From assembly GCA_041690695.1 (NCBI GenBank), contig JBEPVZ010000002.1, positions 1,454 to 65,453 on the forward strand: a stretch of 64,000 nt of DNA, in the 5' to 3' direction. Below are positions 18,921-28,941 of this stretch, one piece after another. Position numbers and translations under genes: made by a program. The DNA is from Candidatus Daviesbacteria bacterium. GTDB taxonomy: Bacteria; Patescibacteriota; Microgenomatia; Daviesbacterales; UBA10151. Positions within the stretch are counted from its first letter, which is position 1. Each line of letters starts with the position of its first letter. The notes beneath the pieces are model-generated. The model saw only the letters and a list, made by a program, of their open reading frames with translations. It made no database searches and had not been told where the DNA came from.

Positions 18921-20944
18921 AGCCTGTCCCAATTTTAGTTGCTCTGGGACTTTTTTTTATTCTTTGCCTGATGCCGAGCCGAGTTTTGGCTGATCAATCA
19001 AATTCCTTTGTAACAATTGTTAATCCTGTTCGGATATCGACTTACAATAAAGATCCTCAAGCTAGCTTACTAGCTGAGTACTCAGAAGTTCAAAAGCGGT
19101 CACTTCCGGCAACTTGGTTATTAACAGATGATGTTTTAAATAACTCTAGCATGGTCACAACCTTAAAAAGTTTTGATCCGAAGCAGGAGTTCGGAATATT
19201 TTTAGAGATATCACCAGCTTTAGCTAAAGAAGCTCAAGTCGATTATCCTAAATCTGTTCAGTGGTACTTTGCGAATGCTGTTTTTTTAAGTGGTTATAGT
19301 CAAGGTGATCGAAAAAAGTTAATTGATACGGTTTTTAGTGATTTTAAAAACCAATTTGGATTTTATCCCAAAGTGGTTGGTTCCTGGTGGACAGATAGTT
19401 ATTCTTTAAATTATTTACATCAAAAATACCAAATCACAACAAATTTAGGTTTGGCAGATCAATATTCAACTGATGGATATCAAGTTTGGGGGAGTTATTG
19501 GTCGACCGCCTTTTATCCAAGTTTATTAAATGTGGGTATTCCTGCTAATTCTTTAAGCAATAAGCTTGATGTCGTTAATCTAGAGTGGGCGCCACGTGAT
19601 CCATTAAATGGTTATGGACCAGGGGAGGCTAGTAAATATAGTACTCAAGATTATCAAACATTAAATTTGGGTGATGATTATTTCGCCAAATTATTTAATC
19701 TTTATGCCGTATCACATAATAATAGTTTTGGTCAGATAACTGTCGGCTTAGAAGCTGATCTTTCGCCAGAAGTTTTTCAGCAAACTTTTGCTCGCCAACT
19801 TAACTTAATCTCAACGCAGTCGCAAGTCCAGGTGGTTTTAGCTAGCCAATTTGCCAGTTGGTATATTCAGCATTTCCCGAACCTGTCACCGCCTCAGATA
19901 ATTGTTAGTCAAGATTTATTAGGAGGTAATAAACAAGCTATTTGGTATCAAAGTCCAAACTTTAGAGCAGGTTTAACTTATGATCCTTTGACCAATCAAA
20001 CTAAAATTATCGATCTAAGAACTTATCAACCTGAGATTGAGGATCCATATTATTTAACCCCAAATTCGGAGATGAAGTTACATGTAAATACGCCATCTTT
20101 AATTGACTCAGTTAACGTTCCGAATGATGGTTGGTTAATTTCGACAAGCCTTTTAAATTCAATTAATCAAAACGAGTCTGGGCTTAAAATTACTTATCAA
20201 AACGGTCAGACAATTAATATGAGTGATCAAGGTATAAATTTAACTGGCCAATTATCTCAGCCAGTACCTAAAACCATTACTTCCGGAAAAGTTATCAAAA
20301 TAGATAGTGACGGAAAATCATTGTTAATGACACCAGTTTCAATGTGGCTGGCTCCACCAGCTGGTAGGGTCATAAATACTTTTTTGCCAGAATTACCACT
20401 CCTTTTGCGTCAACGACGCGGCGTTATTGAGATTGCTCTGATTGGTGGACTATTAGTAGTCGGCCAACTTCTAATTTTTGGAAAAATAAAAAGAAAAAGG
20501 CGACCTTTTATACTTATATCGAGTTTAACGATTTTATCTCTACCGTTAATCTGGATATTAATTCATAACCGACAATTCATGGTTACACAGGGTGAAGTAG
20601 ATGGTTTATTTAGACTTTCTCAAATGCCTGTCGGTAAAGTTGTAGTTTATGATCATGAGTGTTTAAATTGTCAGTGGCAAACTATATCTAAACCAGCTAT
20701 TTATGCTAATAAGCGTGGCTATGTGGCTGATTTAAGCCATGATCCAATTATTTATAATAAAATTATATTTGAAACTAAATCACGTGCTGAAGGTCGAAAA
20801 GCCTTGGTCGATTTAAAGGCAAAGTATATTTATTTAGCTAAATATGGAAACTATATTGAAACACTACCATTTTCGCCAGGGGACTATAATATAGAGATGA
20901 TTTTTGAAAATGCCAATTGTCAAATTTGGCAAGTAAAGTCTTAA
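18917..20944 (+). CDS. Secreted membrane-anchored protein with deacetylase/glycoside-hydrolase-like barrel, TM hairpin and small C-terminal domain
   Basis: Signal peptide (VLA-D); PATWLL, EFGIFLE, F...FG.YPKVVGSWW.D motifs resembling the CE4/GH57 superfamily; two TMs around KIKRKRR. Confidence 0.6.
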   Translation: MKPVPILVALGLFFILCLMPSRVLADQSNSFVTIVNPVRISTYNKDPQASLLAEYSEVQKRSLPATWLLTDDVLNNSSMVTTLKSFDPKQEFGIFLEISPALAKEAQVDYPKSVQWYFANAVFLSGYSQGDRKKLIDTVFSDFKNQFGFYPKVVGSWWTDSYSLNYLHQKYQITTNLGLADQYSTDGYQVWGSYWSTAFYPSLLNVGIPANSLSNKLDVVNLEWAPRDPLNGYGPGEASKYSTQDYQTLNLGDDYFAKLFNLYAVSHNNSFGQITVGLEADLSPEVFQQTFARQLNLISTQSQVQVVLASQFASWYIQHFPNLSPPQIIVSQDLLGGNKQAIWYQSPNFRAGLTYDPLTNQTKIIDLRTYQPEIEDPYYLTPNSEMKLHVNTPSLIDSVNVPNDGWLISTSLLNSINQNESGLKITYQNGQTINMSDQGINLTGQLSQPVPKTITSGKVIKIDSDGKSLLMTPVSMWLAPPAGRVINTFLPELPLLLRQRRGVIEIALIGGLLVVGQLLIFGKIKRKRRPFILISSLTILSLPLIWILIHNRQFMVTQGEVDGLFRLSQMPVGKVVVYDHECLNCQWQTISKPAIYANKRGYVADLSHDPIIYNKIIFETKSRAEGRKALVDLKAKYIYLAKYGNYIETLPFSPGDYNIEMIFENANCQIWQVKS

Positions 20945-20953
20945 TAAAAAATC

Positions 20954-22078
20954 ATGAACATATTAATTTTTTCTTGGCGCGATCTAAAGCATCCTCTTTC
21001 TGGAGGAGCTGAGCAAGTTATGCACGAGCATGCTAAAGGCTGGATTGCGGCTGGACATTCGGTAACTTGGTTTTCATCAACTTATAAAGATGCCCCGCAA
21101 AATGAGATTTTAGATGGCATAACAATTTTTCGTAGGGGAGGACAGCTATTAGATGTTCAGGTTCGAGGTTTTATCTGGTATTTATTTGGCAAACACTCAA
21201 AGTTTGATTTAGTTGTTGACCAATTTCATGGGATATCTTTTTTTACGCCTCTTTATGTCAGAGTTAAAAAACTAGCAGTTTTACAAGAGGTTGCTCGCGA
21301 AATTTGGTTAGCTAATTATCTTCCCAAACCTTTTAATTGGATTATTGGTACGATCGGTTATCTTGGTGAACCATTTATCTTTTTACTTTATAAGAATGTA
21401 TCATTTATGGTTGGATCTCAATCAGCTAAAAAAGATTTAACAACTTATGGGATTGCGGGCAATCACATAACTATTATTCCGCACGGGGTTATCATTGAGC
21501 AGCCTGATCTTAAAATAAAAAAAGAAGCTAAAAAAACTATTATTTTTTTAGGAGCTTTACAGCAGGATAAAGGTACATCAGATGCTATTAAAGCCTTTTC
21601 ACTTTTAAAAGATATAAATAATTCTCAACTGTGGATTATTGGACGAGGTAGTATAGATTATACAAACTACTTAAAAAAACTCTGTAAAGACTTAAAGGTT
21701 ATGAATAAAGTTAAATTTTGGGGATTTGTCTCTCAACATCAAAAGTTTGAACTTCTTAGAAGGTCTCATTTATTGGTAAACCCATCTATTCGTGAAGGGT
21801 GGGGGTTAGTTAATATTGAAGCAAATAGTATGGGTATTCCAGTTGTCGCATATAAATCGGCTGGATTAATCGATTCAGTTAAAGATGATGAAAGTGGCGT
21901 TTTTGTAGATAAAAATACCCCCGAGGAATTGGCGAACAAGATTAATCTTCTATTAGACGATAATTCTTTATATAAACGCCTAAGTTTAGGAGCTCTAAAC
22001 TGGAGTAAGCAGTTTAATTGGCAAAAGTCTAAAGAATTAAGCCTAAAATTAATTGAATCACTTACTTCCGAGCAATAA
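20954..22078 (+). CDS. GT4 glycosyltransferase
   Basis: WRD..HP.SGGAE, AGH.VT, PSIREGWGLVNIEA, FNW. Confidence 0.9.
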   Translation: MNILIFSWRDLKHPLSGGAEQVMHEHAKGWIAAGHSVTWFSSTYKDAPQNEILDGITIFRRGGQLLDVQVRGFIWYLFGKHSKFDLVVDQFHGISFFTPLYVRVKKLAVLQEVAREIWLANYLPKPFNWIIGTIGYLGEPFIFLLYKNVSFMVGSQSAKKDLTTYGIAGNHITIIPHGVIIEQPDLKIKKEAKKTIIFLGALQQDKGTSDAIKAFSLLKDINNSQLWIIGRGSIDYTNYLKKLCKDLKVMNKVKFWGFVSQHQKFELLRRSHLLVNPSIREGWGLVNIEANSMGIPVVAYKSAGLIDSVKDDESGVFVDKNTPEELANKINLLLDDNSLYKRLSLGALNWSKQFNWQKSKELSLKLIESLTSEQ

Positions 22079-22817
22079 TTAAATAATTAACCGTAAATAT
22101 ATTGGGATATTTGGGAAAGAGTTGAGAGATTAGATTGAAAATTATGCATAAAATATTTAATGGAATAATTAGACTAATAGCGATTATTCCAAACAGTCCA
22201 CTAAATAGTTTGGCAGATAAGCTTTTCTTATGAAGTTGTAATTTAAGGTTTTTAAATAAGCAAACGAGTATCGATAAAAATATAAAATCTGAGAATGTTC
22301 CTTGGGATTTAACTTCAACTACTTTTAGATTAGCTTTTTTAATAAAATCAACTAAGGCGTAACTCGTAAATCTATTTCTATCATAGGGAATGTCATGAAT
22401 TGAGTACATGAATGGGGATGACAAAATTAAAATTCCGCCTTTTTTTAAAATTCTTGAGATCTCATTTAATGATTTCTGAGGGTCATCGACATATTCCATG
22501 ACTTGTATGAAAAGAGCCGTGTCATATTGGGAATCTTTTATGGGAAGTTTTTCTACAGGAGCTAAAATATCGGCTTTATTTTTTGATAAATATAACTTAA
22601 CAGTTTTAGGACTATCGATTCCAGTATAAGATTTAATATGTTCTTTTAAATATTCTTTATACTCCATTCGACCACAACCAATATCAATCAGATCTCCTCG
22701 ACTGTACTTTTGGGCGGCGGCAATAATTTCTTTTCGGTAACGATTATAAATAAATTGTGGATGAATAATAGTTTCACCGAAGCCTCCGCTAAATTTAATC
22801 CAAAAATCTTTTAACAT
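22062..22817 (-). CDS. Class I SAM-dependent methyltransferase
   Basis: IDIGCG motif I, LP...YD, VMEYVDDP, RILKKGG, H..PYD..RFT. Confidence 0.85.
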   Translation of the reverse strand: MLKDFWIKFSGGFGETIIHPQFIYNRYRKEIIAAAQKYSRGDLIDIGCGRMEYKEYLKEHIKSYTGIDSPKTVKLYLSKNKADILAPVEKLPIKDSQYDTALFIQVMEYVDDPQKSLNEISRILKKGGILILSSPFMYSIHDIPYDRNRFTSYALVDFIKKANLKVVEVKSQGTFSDFIFLSILVCLFKNLKLQLHKKSLSAKLFSGLFGIIAISLIIPLNILCIIFNLISQLFPKYPNIFTVNYLIIARK

Positions 22818-22818
22818 T

Positions 22819-23763
22819 TTAATTTAAAACTTCAACCGCGATCTCGTTCATAGATTTTATATTTAATAATCCCTTTTTGTTTTGAATCGCCGCATATTTA
22901 ATAATCTCTTCTAAGCCTTTTAATAGTTGAATTGAATTGTCAGTTAAATCTATGGGGTGAAACCATAAATGGAAAACTTGATGTTTCCTGATGGCTTGTT
23001 GAATACTAAATTTAGCTTTCATAACGCGCAGATTGATTGGTATGAACCTTCTGAATCCTCTGGCAGATAAATAATACATATTTCCAGGGATGTTAACTAG
23101 TCCTTCTTCAATATGAGGATTTGAAGTATGTGGAATTAATAACAGGAGATCAATTAATAATAATAATTTATTAACTAGTTTAAAACGTGAGGCTTGTGTG
23201 GTGAAGCTATCAAGTCCGCGGAAGGATTTAAAACCTAATTTATGTAATAACTTTAGTTGACCGATGAGATTGCATGGAAAAACAAATGATTTAAGTTTAA
23301 TATGCTCCTTACTCGCTAGTTTAATGCATTCCTTAATCTCAGATTCAGCACATTTTTTACTGCAACCTGAATGTCCAATCAGAACATGTGAAAAACTATG
23401 ACTCCCGATCTCTTGTTTTTTACTTTTTTTAATTAACTGGACAATATCTTTACCATACCATTCTGGATTGTCTTTTATTGAGGTTGCAGGGTCATATAGG
23501 AACCAATCGACTTTTCTCCAAGGATAGTTTGGTCTAATTATTTCAGGATGTTTAATTGAGTTTTTAGATGAGCATTGATCTAAAAAAAGATGACCAACAA
23601 TTGCCCATGTGGCGGAAATATTATATTTTTCAAACATTAATAAAAGGCTTTTGATAACAGGTCTTGTCCTCTGAGCTCGAGTTATAAATGGGTGGTAATT
23701 AAAGTCGTGTCTACCCCATAACAGTTCAGTATCTAGCGAAATACAAAACGTCCCTTTATTCAT
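22819..23763 (-). CDS. Polysaccharide deacetylase (CE4 superfamily)
   Basis: ISLDTE, ATWAIVG, EIGSHSFSH metal-binding motif, SFVFP.N, HLWFHP. Confidence 0.85.
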   Translation of the reverse strand: MNKGTFCISLDTELLWGRHDFNYHPFITRAQRTRPVIKSLLLMFEKYNISATWAIVGHLFLDQCSSKNSIKHPEIIRPNYPWRKVDWFLYDPATSIKDNPEWYGKDIVQLIKKSKKQEIGSHSFSHVLIGHSGCSKKCAESEIKECIKLASKEHIKLKSFVFPCNLIGQLKLLHKLGFKSFRGLDSFTTQASRFKLVNKLLLLIDLLLLIPHTSNPHIEEGLVNIPGNMYYLSARGFRRFIPINLRVMKAKFSIQQAIRKHQVFHLWFHPIDLTDNSIQLLKGLEEIIKYAAIQNKKGLLNIKSMNEIAVEVLN

Positions 23764-23769
23764 AAATGC

Positions 23770-23801
23770 ATTATATAATAAGCTCGATCATTTGCTATGA
23801 T
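23770..23801. promoter_or_regulatory. Divergent promoter pair: minus TATAAT (6 nt before ATG 23763) and plus TGcTATGAT (9 nt before ATG 23811)
   Basis: ATTATA at 23770-23775 (TATAAT on minus); TG at 23793-94 plus TATGAT at 23796-23801. Confidence 0.6.
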
Positions 23802-23810
23802 ACATACTTA

Positions 23811-24965
23811 ATGAGAATTGGTATTTTAACCCATAATTATCCGCAAACATCAGGCCAGCGCAAAGACGCTGGGACATTTATCTACGACTTTGCGGAAGAG
23901 TTATCAGGTCGAGGTCATAAGATTTACGTTTTTTCCCCAAAGTTTATTGGTAAAAAAGAAGCGTATAAAAAAGTCCCAGTAGAGTGGTTTAACTGGAGTG
24001 GCGGAGATAAAAAATTAGCAAATATTAATTTAAAAAGTAGTTCTGGTTTATTTAGCATTTTTAGTTTGCTCTGGAATGGACAAAATCAATCAATACAGTT
24101 TGCTAAAGATCATAATCTCGATTTTTGCTTAGCATTTTGGTCATTCCCGAGTGGGTTATTTGCTTGGTGGATACATAAACGACTAAAAATTCCCTATGGG
24201 ATTATGACAATGGGTTCAGATATTTTTGTCTATGGCAAAAACCCTTTATTAAATTTTCTAAATACTTATCTGTTAAGGCGAGCAGATATTATTTTTGGAG
24301 ATGGTAAAAAAATATCCGAAGTAACAGCTCGTTTGGCAAAAAAAGAATGTACTTACATCCCGATTATTACCGCCATTAGCTTTAATAATGTTAAACCCTT
24401 GAAAAGATCTAAAAATACGTTTAATTTTTTATATGTTGGCCGACTCGAAAGTGTTAAGGGTCCAGATCTTTTAATTGAGGCCGTCAAAATACTTAGCCAG
24501 ACTAATCCTAATTTTAAAGTTAATATAGTCGGGGATGGGTCAATGTTAGAGGATCTACAAGAAAAGGTTCGTAAGTATAACTTAGGAGATAAAGTCACAC
24601 TTTTAGGAAATATATCGGATAAGAAAAGATTAGCAGCCTTTTATTTATCAGCTGATTGTTTAATCGTTCCTTCGCGGAGCGAGAGTCTATCAATGGTTAT
24701 TCCTGAAGCCATAAAAGCTGACCTACCCGTAATTGCGAGCAATGTCGGAGATATGGGTGAGTTTGTTAGAAAAAATAAAATTGGTTATATCTTTCCCTCA
24801 CAAAAAACTAATATATTGGCGAGTAAGATGTTACTTGCCATGAAAGAAGGTCATAATTTTAAAAAAAGACGAAAAGAAAATCTAAGAAAACTAAGTGCAA
24901 TATTTAGCATTGAAAATTGTGTCGATATTTTTTTAAAGCAATTAAAATTAATAAATAAAGAATGA
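23811..24965 (+). CDS. GT4 glycosyltransferase (start revised to MRIGIL)
   Basis: MRIGILTHNYP typical GT4 N-terminus, YVGRL..VKG, PSRSESLSMVIPEA. Confidence 0.9.
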   Translation: MRIGILTHNYPQTSGQRKDAGTFIYDFAEELSGRGHKIYVFSPKFIGKKEAYKKVPVEWFNWSGGDKKLANINLKSSSGLFSIFSLLWNGQNQSIQFAKDHNLDFCLAFWSFPSGLFAWWIHKRLKIPYGIMTMGSDIFVYGKNPLLNFLNTYLLRRADIIFGDGKKISEVTARLAKKECTYIPIITAISFNNVKPLKRSKNTFNFLYVGRLESVKGPDLLIEAVKILSQTNPNFKVNIVGDGSMLEDLQEKVRKYNLGDKVTLLGNISDKKRLAAFYLSADCLIVPSRSESLSMVIPEAIKADLPVIASNVGDMGEFVRKNKIGYIFPSQKTNILASKMLLAMKEGHNFKKRRKENLRKLSAIFSIENCVDIFLKQLKLINKE

Positions 24966-27106
24966 TAAAGTTTAAGTTTAATATAAAAATAACTGCAATT
25001 ATTTTAGGAGTTATTTTTTTTATTTTAGGAATAATTACGTTACCAGATTACGGAATTAATTGGGACACGATTAATCATCTCCCCAGAGGCCAGGCATATT
25101 TACACTATATGTTAACAGGTCGAAAGGACTATAAAGATTTACCGAACTTCTTTAATGGTTGGCAAGTCCCGGGACAATGGTACTGGCAAAATCCGAGCAG
25201 TCTAGGTATTGATACAAATATTCCGTATAACAATATTCCTAAAAGGAGCTTGTATCAGTTAGATAGCCAAGATTTTCAATATAATATGAAAACTGATGGT
25301 TATGGGCATCCTCCGACGAGTGATATTATATCGGCCCTTTTTAATACCGTTCTATTTCAACATCTTCATTGGATTAATGATATTGATTCGTATCACGTTT
25401 ATGGAATTTTATTAGCAGCGGCTTTAGTCGGATTAATCTTTTGGTGGGTTTCAAAAGTTTATGGTCTATTTGCAGGATTTATAGCTGCAATATCTTTATC
25501 TCTATATCCGTTATTTTGGTCAGAATCACATTTTAATACTGAAAAAGATGTTCCGGAAACAGTCTATTGGTCTTTCATGTTTTTTGCTATCTGGCGGGGT
25601 ATCACAACTAAAAGTTGGAAGTGGATTCTAACTTCAGGAGTATTTTTTGGATTAGCACTAGGAACAAAATTTAATATTTTGTTTGCCGGTCCAATTATTT
25701 TGGTCTGGCTCTCGGCATATCTAATCACACAATACTTGAATTCGAAAACAAAAAAAATATCTGTCATCAAAAAATGTATTAGAAGTAATATCAAGTTGAT
25801 TTTAGCCTGCTTAATAGCTCCAATAATTGGTTTTGTTATTTTTGTTGGAACTTGGCCATATCTTTGGACCAATACTTTGAATGGCCTTCAAACGGTCGTG
25901 AGCTTTTATAAAGATATTGGAACTTCGCCATCTATCGATTCTCGGTTTATTTGGCATTTTGGATTAAATCTTTATCCTTCAAAGTGGATTGTTTATACCA
26001 CTCCTTTAATTATTCTTGGATTAAGCCTGTTTGGGTTTGTTGTTGCTATTAGCCGGGTAAGACGAGATAAAGATCAAGTTAGCTTCCTTTTTTTGCTTTG
26101 GCTGTTAATACCGATCGTTCGGGTGACCTTGCCCGGTACGGATATTTATGGAGGAGTCAGACAAATTATGGAATATATTCCTGCACTGGCTATTCTTTCG
26201 GGTCTTGGAGCTTATCAGGTAAAAAAGATGCTTGAGGTTATTTTAAAGAAGTTTTTTATAAAAACTTCTTTTGCCTCGAATTTATCAGGCTTACTTATTA
26301 TTTTAATGTTTATTCCAATTACTCTAAAATTAATTCAAATTCACCCAAATGAAAATGTTTATTTTAATCCTCTTATCGAAGGTTTAGCTGGTGCTAAATC
26401 TAAAGATATCCCTTATTGGGGTGATTCTTTTGGTGCTGCGTATCGCCAAGGGGTTGTTTGGCTAAATCAGCATGCTGAGAAAAACGCTAAGTTAGTTTAT
26501 GCTAATGAATTAATTCCAAATATTCCAAGAATTTGGTTGAGAACTGATTTAGATCTTCAAAATATTTATCGAAGTGGTTATCTTAGAGAAGGTGAGTACG
26601 CTATTACTTTAACCTATCAAGGTACTAATACGCGTTCATATTATGATATGTATTTATCGACTTTTTTGGTACCAGTTTATGAGGCTAAAGTGGATGGTGT
26701 TTCCGTTTTAAGCATTTGGAAAAACGATGATATGCATTTAAAACGTCCTTATACTGAAAAGGCTCTCCTAAATATTCAGATAAGTAAAAATAATAATGAT
26801 TTGATTTTGAATCTAGGAGCAAATTATCCACTTTCTCGATTAGTTGCAACTTACGGTTCTTCTGATTGTTCTGATTTAAAAACTGGGGTCGTTTCGATCT
26901 CACCAAATGATGTTAACTGGGTAAACTTACCCGGAGTTTTACCTGATGATTGGCAAATAACTGCTTTGGGACAACAACCAAAAGGAGGTAATTTTATTGA
27001 ACCTTTTGCTGGTCAGCAGGCTCAATATATAAAATTGTCGGTTGATTCTGCAAAGACCTGTTTAATGAAAAATCTCACCAGTGCGAAGGTTTATGTTTTA
27101 AATTAA
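24962..27106 (+). CDS. GT-C glycosyltransferase (PMT_2-like) with C-terminal discoidin/F5-8-like domain
   Basis: YGINWDT, GHPP, HFNTEKD.P, ALGTKFN, YGGVRQ, YFNPL; C-terminal LNLG..YPLSRL...SISPNDVNW...AQYIKL. Confidence 0.8.
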   Translation: MIKFKFNIKITAIILGVIFFILGIITLPDYGINWDTINHLPRGQAYLHYMLTGRKDYKDLPNFFNGWQVPGQWYWQNPSSLGIDTNIPYNNIPKRSLYQLDSQDFQYNMKTDGYGHPPTSDIISALFNTVLFQHLHWINDIDSYHVYGILLAAALVGLIFWWVSKVYGLFAGFIAAISLSLYPLFWSESHFNTEKDVPETVYWSFMFFAIWRGITTKSWKWILTSGVFFGLALGTKFNILFAGPIILVWLSAYLITQYLNSKTKKISVIKKCIRSNIKLILACLIAPIIGFVIFVGTWPYLWTNTLNGLQTVVSFYKDIGTSPSIDSRFIWHFGLNLYPSKWIVYTTPLIILGLSLFGFVVAISRVRRDKDQVSFLFLLWLLIPIVRVTLPGTDIYGGVRQIMEYIPALAILSGLGAYQVKKMLEVILKKFFIKTSFASNLSGLLIILMFIPITLKLIQIHPNENVYFNPLIEGLAGAKSKDIPYWGDSFGAAYRQGVVWLNQHAEKNAKLVYANELIPNIPRIWLRTDLDLQNIYRSGYLREGEYAITLTYQGTNTRSYYDMYLSTFLVPVYEAKVDGVSVLSIWKNDDMHLKRPYTEKALLNIQISKNNNDLILNLGANYPLSRLVATYGSSDCSDLKTGVVSISPNDVNWVNLPGVLPDDWQITALGQQPKGGNFIEPFAGQQAQYIKLSVDSAKTCLMKNLTSAKVYVLN

Positions 27107-28039
27107 TTATAAGATTTGTTTAATAATCTTTTGTTCATTTTTTTGGTTAGTTCTCGCCAACATCATTTCTGCGAGCAGTCCAGTCGAAATAAGTTGAACG
27201 CCAACAATCATTAGTAAGAGTCCAAATATTAAAAGAGGTTGATGTGAGGCAATTCCACCTGTTGTCACCCTTAGGTAAGTGATATATAAACCAACTAAAA
27301 AGCCAATTGTAAAGCTACTGAGTCCGAGTGTTCCGAAAAAATGACCTGGTCTTTTCATATAACCGGTAATAAATACAATTGTTAATAAATCAAGGATACC
27401 TTTCACTCCACGAGTCCAACCATATTTGGTTTTTCCATATTTTCTTGGTCGATGGTCGACAATAATCTCCCCAACCAGATAATTTTGTTTTGAAGCGATG
27501 ATTGGGATGAATCTATAAAGTTCCCCGTATAAATTAAGGTTCTTCACAACTTCTTTTTTGTATGCTTTAAACCCACAATTGGTGTCATGGATCGGAACTT
27601 TAGTTAAGTAGCGCGTAAGTGAGTTTAAAATTCTGGAGGGCAAAACTTTACTCAGTGAGGGATCATGTCTAACTTTTTTCCATCCGGAAACCAGATCGTA
27701 GCCCTCACTAATTTTCTTTAGAAATCGACCAATCTCGCGGGGATTGTCCTGGAGATCGGCATCAAGTGTGAAAATGATATCACCCCGAGCTTCATCAAAA
27801 CCGGTTTGCAATGCTATTGATTTTCCAAAGTTTCCTCTTAATCTAACAACTTTAACACGCCGATCTTGTTTTTTAATCTTTTTTAAGTTTTGGAAAGTTT
27901 TATCTTGTGATCCATCATCGACAAATATAATTTGATAAGGAAGCTTGATTTTTTTCATAACTTCCGAAATCTCTTTATATAATGGACCGACAGAACCTTC
28001 TTCGTCCTTGGCTGGAATAACGAATGATAACGATTGCAT
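27107..28039 (-). CDS. ArnC/GtrB-like undecaprenyl-phosphate glycosyltransferase (GT2 plus 2 C-terminal TM; start revised to MQSLSF)
   Basis: VDDGSQD, NFGKS.AL..G, LDADLQDNP, VSGW...R.D, D.NCGFKAY, HRPR..G.TKYG, two TM helices. Confidence 0.9.
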   Translation of the reverse strand: MQSLSFVIPAKDEEGSVGPLYKEISEVMKKIKLPYQIIFVDDGSQDKTFQNLKKIKKQDRRVKVVRLRGNFGKSIALQTGFDEARGDIIFTLDADLQDNPREIGRFLKKISEGYDLVSGWKKVRHDPSLSKVLPSRILNSLTRYLTKVPIHDTNCGFKAYKKEVVKNLNLYGELYRFIPIIASKQNYLVGEIIVDHRPRKYGKTKYGWTRGVKGILDLLTIVFITGYMKRPGHFFGTLGLSSFTIGFLVGLYITYLRVTTGGIASHQPLLIFGLLLMIVGVQLISTGLLAEMMLARTNQKNEQKIIKQIL

Positions 28040-28049
28040 TTTGGGGTTA

Positions 28050-28102
28050 AGTATATGAATTCTCTTACACAGTTGCAATCTGCTATTTATTACCGATAAA
28101 AT
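28050..28102. promoter_or_regulatory. Divergent promoters sharing one palindromic -35 (TTGCAA)
   Basis: TTGCAA at 28073-28078. Minus -10 TATACT at 28055-28050 (17 bp spacer, 10 nt to ATG 28039). Plus -10 TAAAAT at 28097-28102 (18 bp spacer, 11 nt to ATG 28114). Confidence 0.55.
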
Positions 28103-28113
28103 AACTCAAGTTT

Positions 28114-28941
28114 ATGAAAGTCACGCGTCTAATAAAACCGTTAGTCTCAATTATTATTACTACGAAAAATGAGCAGGCAAATATTGAAGCTTTGCTAAAG
28201 AGTATAAAAATTCAATCATATAAAAACTTTGAAATAATAGTTGTTGATAATAATTCAACTGATAAAACAAAACTTATTGCTAAAAAATATACCAAAAAGG
28301 TTTTTAATTTTGGTCCTGAAAGAAGTGCTCAAAGAAATTTTGGTGTCGATAAATCCGAAGGCATTTATGTTTTAATACTAGATGCGGATATGGTTTTAGA
28401 TCGGAAAGTTTTGGAGGACTGTGTAAAGCAACTTGAAATTAATTCTAAAGCTAAGGCATTAGTTATTCCGGAAAAATCCTTCGGAACTAGTTTTTGGGCA
28501 ACTGTCAAAGGATTTGAAAAAAGTTTTTATTTAGGAGATTCAACTATAGAAGCGGCTCGTTTCTTTGATCACAAAGTATTTAATCAATTTAAAGGTTATG
28601 ATTTAAAAATTACCGGTCCGGAAGATTATGAGTTACCATATCGGATTAGCAAAAAATATTCTATTGATAGAATTCCATCTTTTATCATGCATAATGAGGG
28701 GAATCTCTCACTTTGGAGAACAATGAAGAAAAAGTATTATTATGCGTCCAAGGCATCAAGTTATTTAAAGAAGCATCCTGAAATGCTATTTAAACAAGGA
28801 AATTTATTATTTAGGCCGGCATTTTTCAAGAAATGGCCACTGCTATTAGCTCATCCGTTTTTATCCCTCAGTTTATTTTTTATGAGAGCCATGGAAATGT
28901 CCGCCGCCATGTTAGGTTTTATAAAAGGCAGATATTTATGA
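28114..28941 (+). CDS. GT2 glycosyltransferase
   Basis: SIIITTKNE, VDNNSTD, ERSAQRNFG, LDADM, GPED. Confidence 0.9.
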   Translation: MKVTRLIKPLVSIIITTKNEQANIEALLKSIKIQSYKNFEIIVVDNNSTDKTKLIAKKYTKKVFNFGPERSAQRNFGVDKSEGIYVLILDADMVLDRKVLEDCVKQLEINSKAKALVIPEKSFGTSFWATVKGFEKSFYLGDSTIEAARFFDHKVFNQFKGYDLKITGPEDYELPYRISKKYSIDRIPSFIMHNEGNLSLWRTMKKKYYYASKASSYLKKHPEMLFKQGNLLFRPAFFKKWPLLLAHPFLSLSLFFMRAMEMSAAMLGFIKGRYL

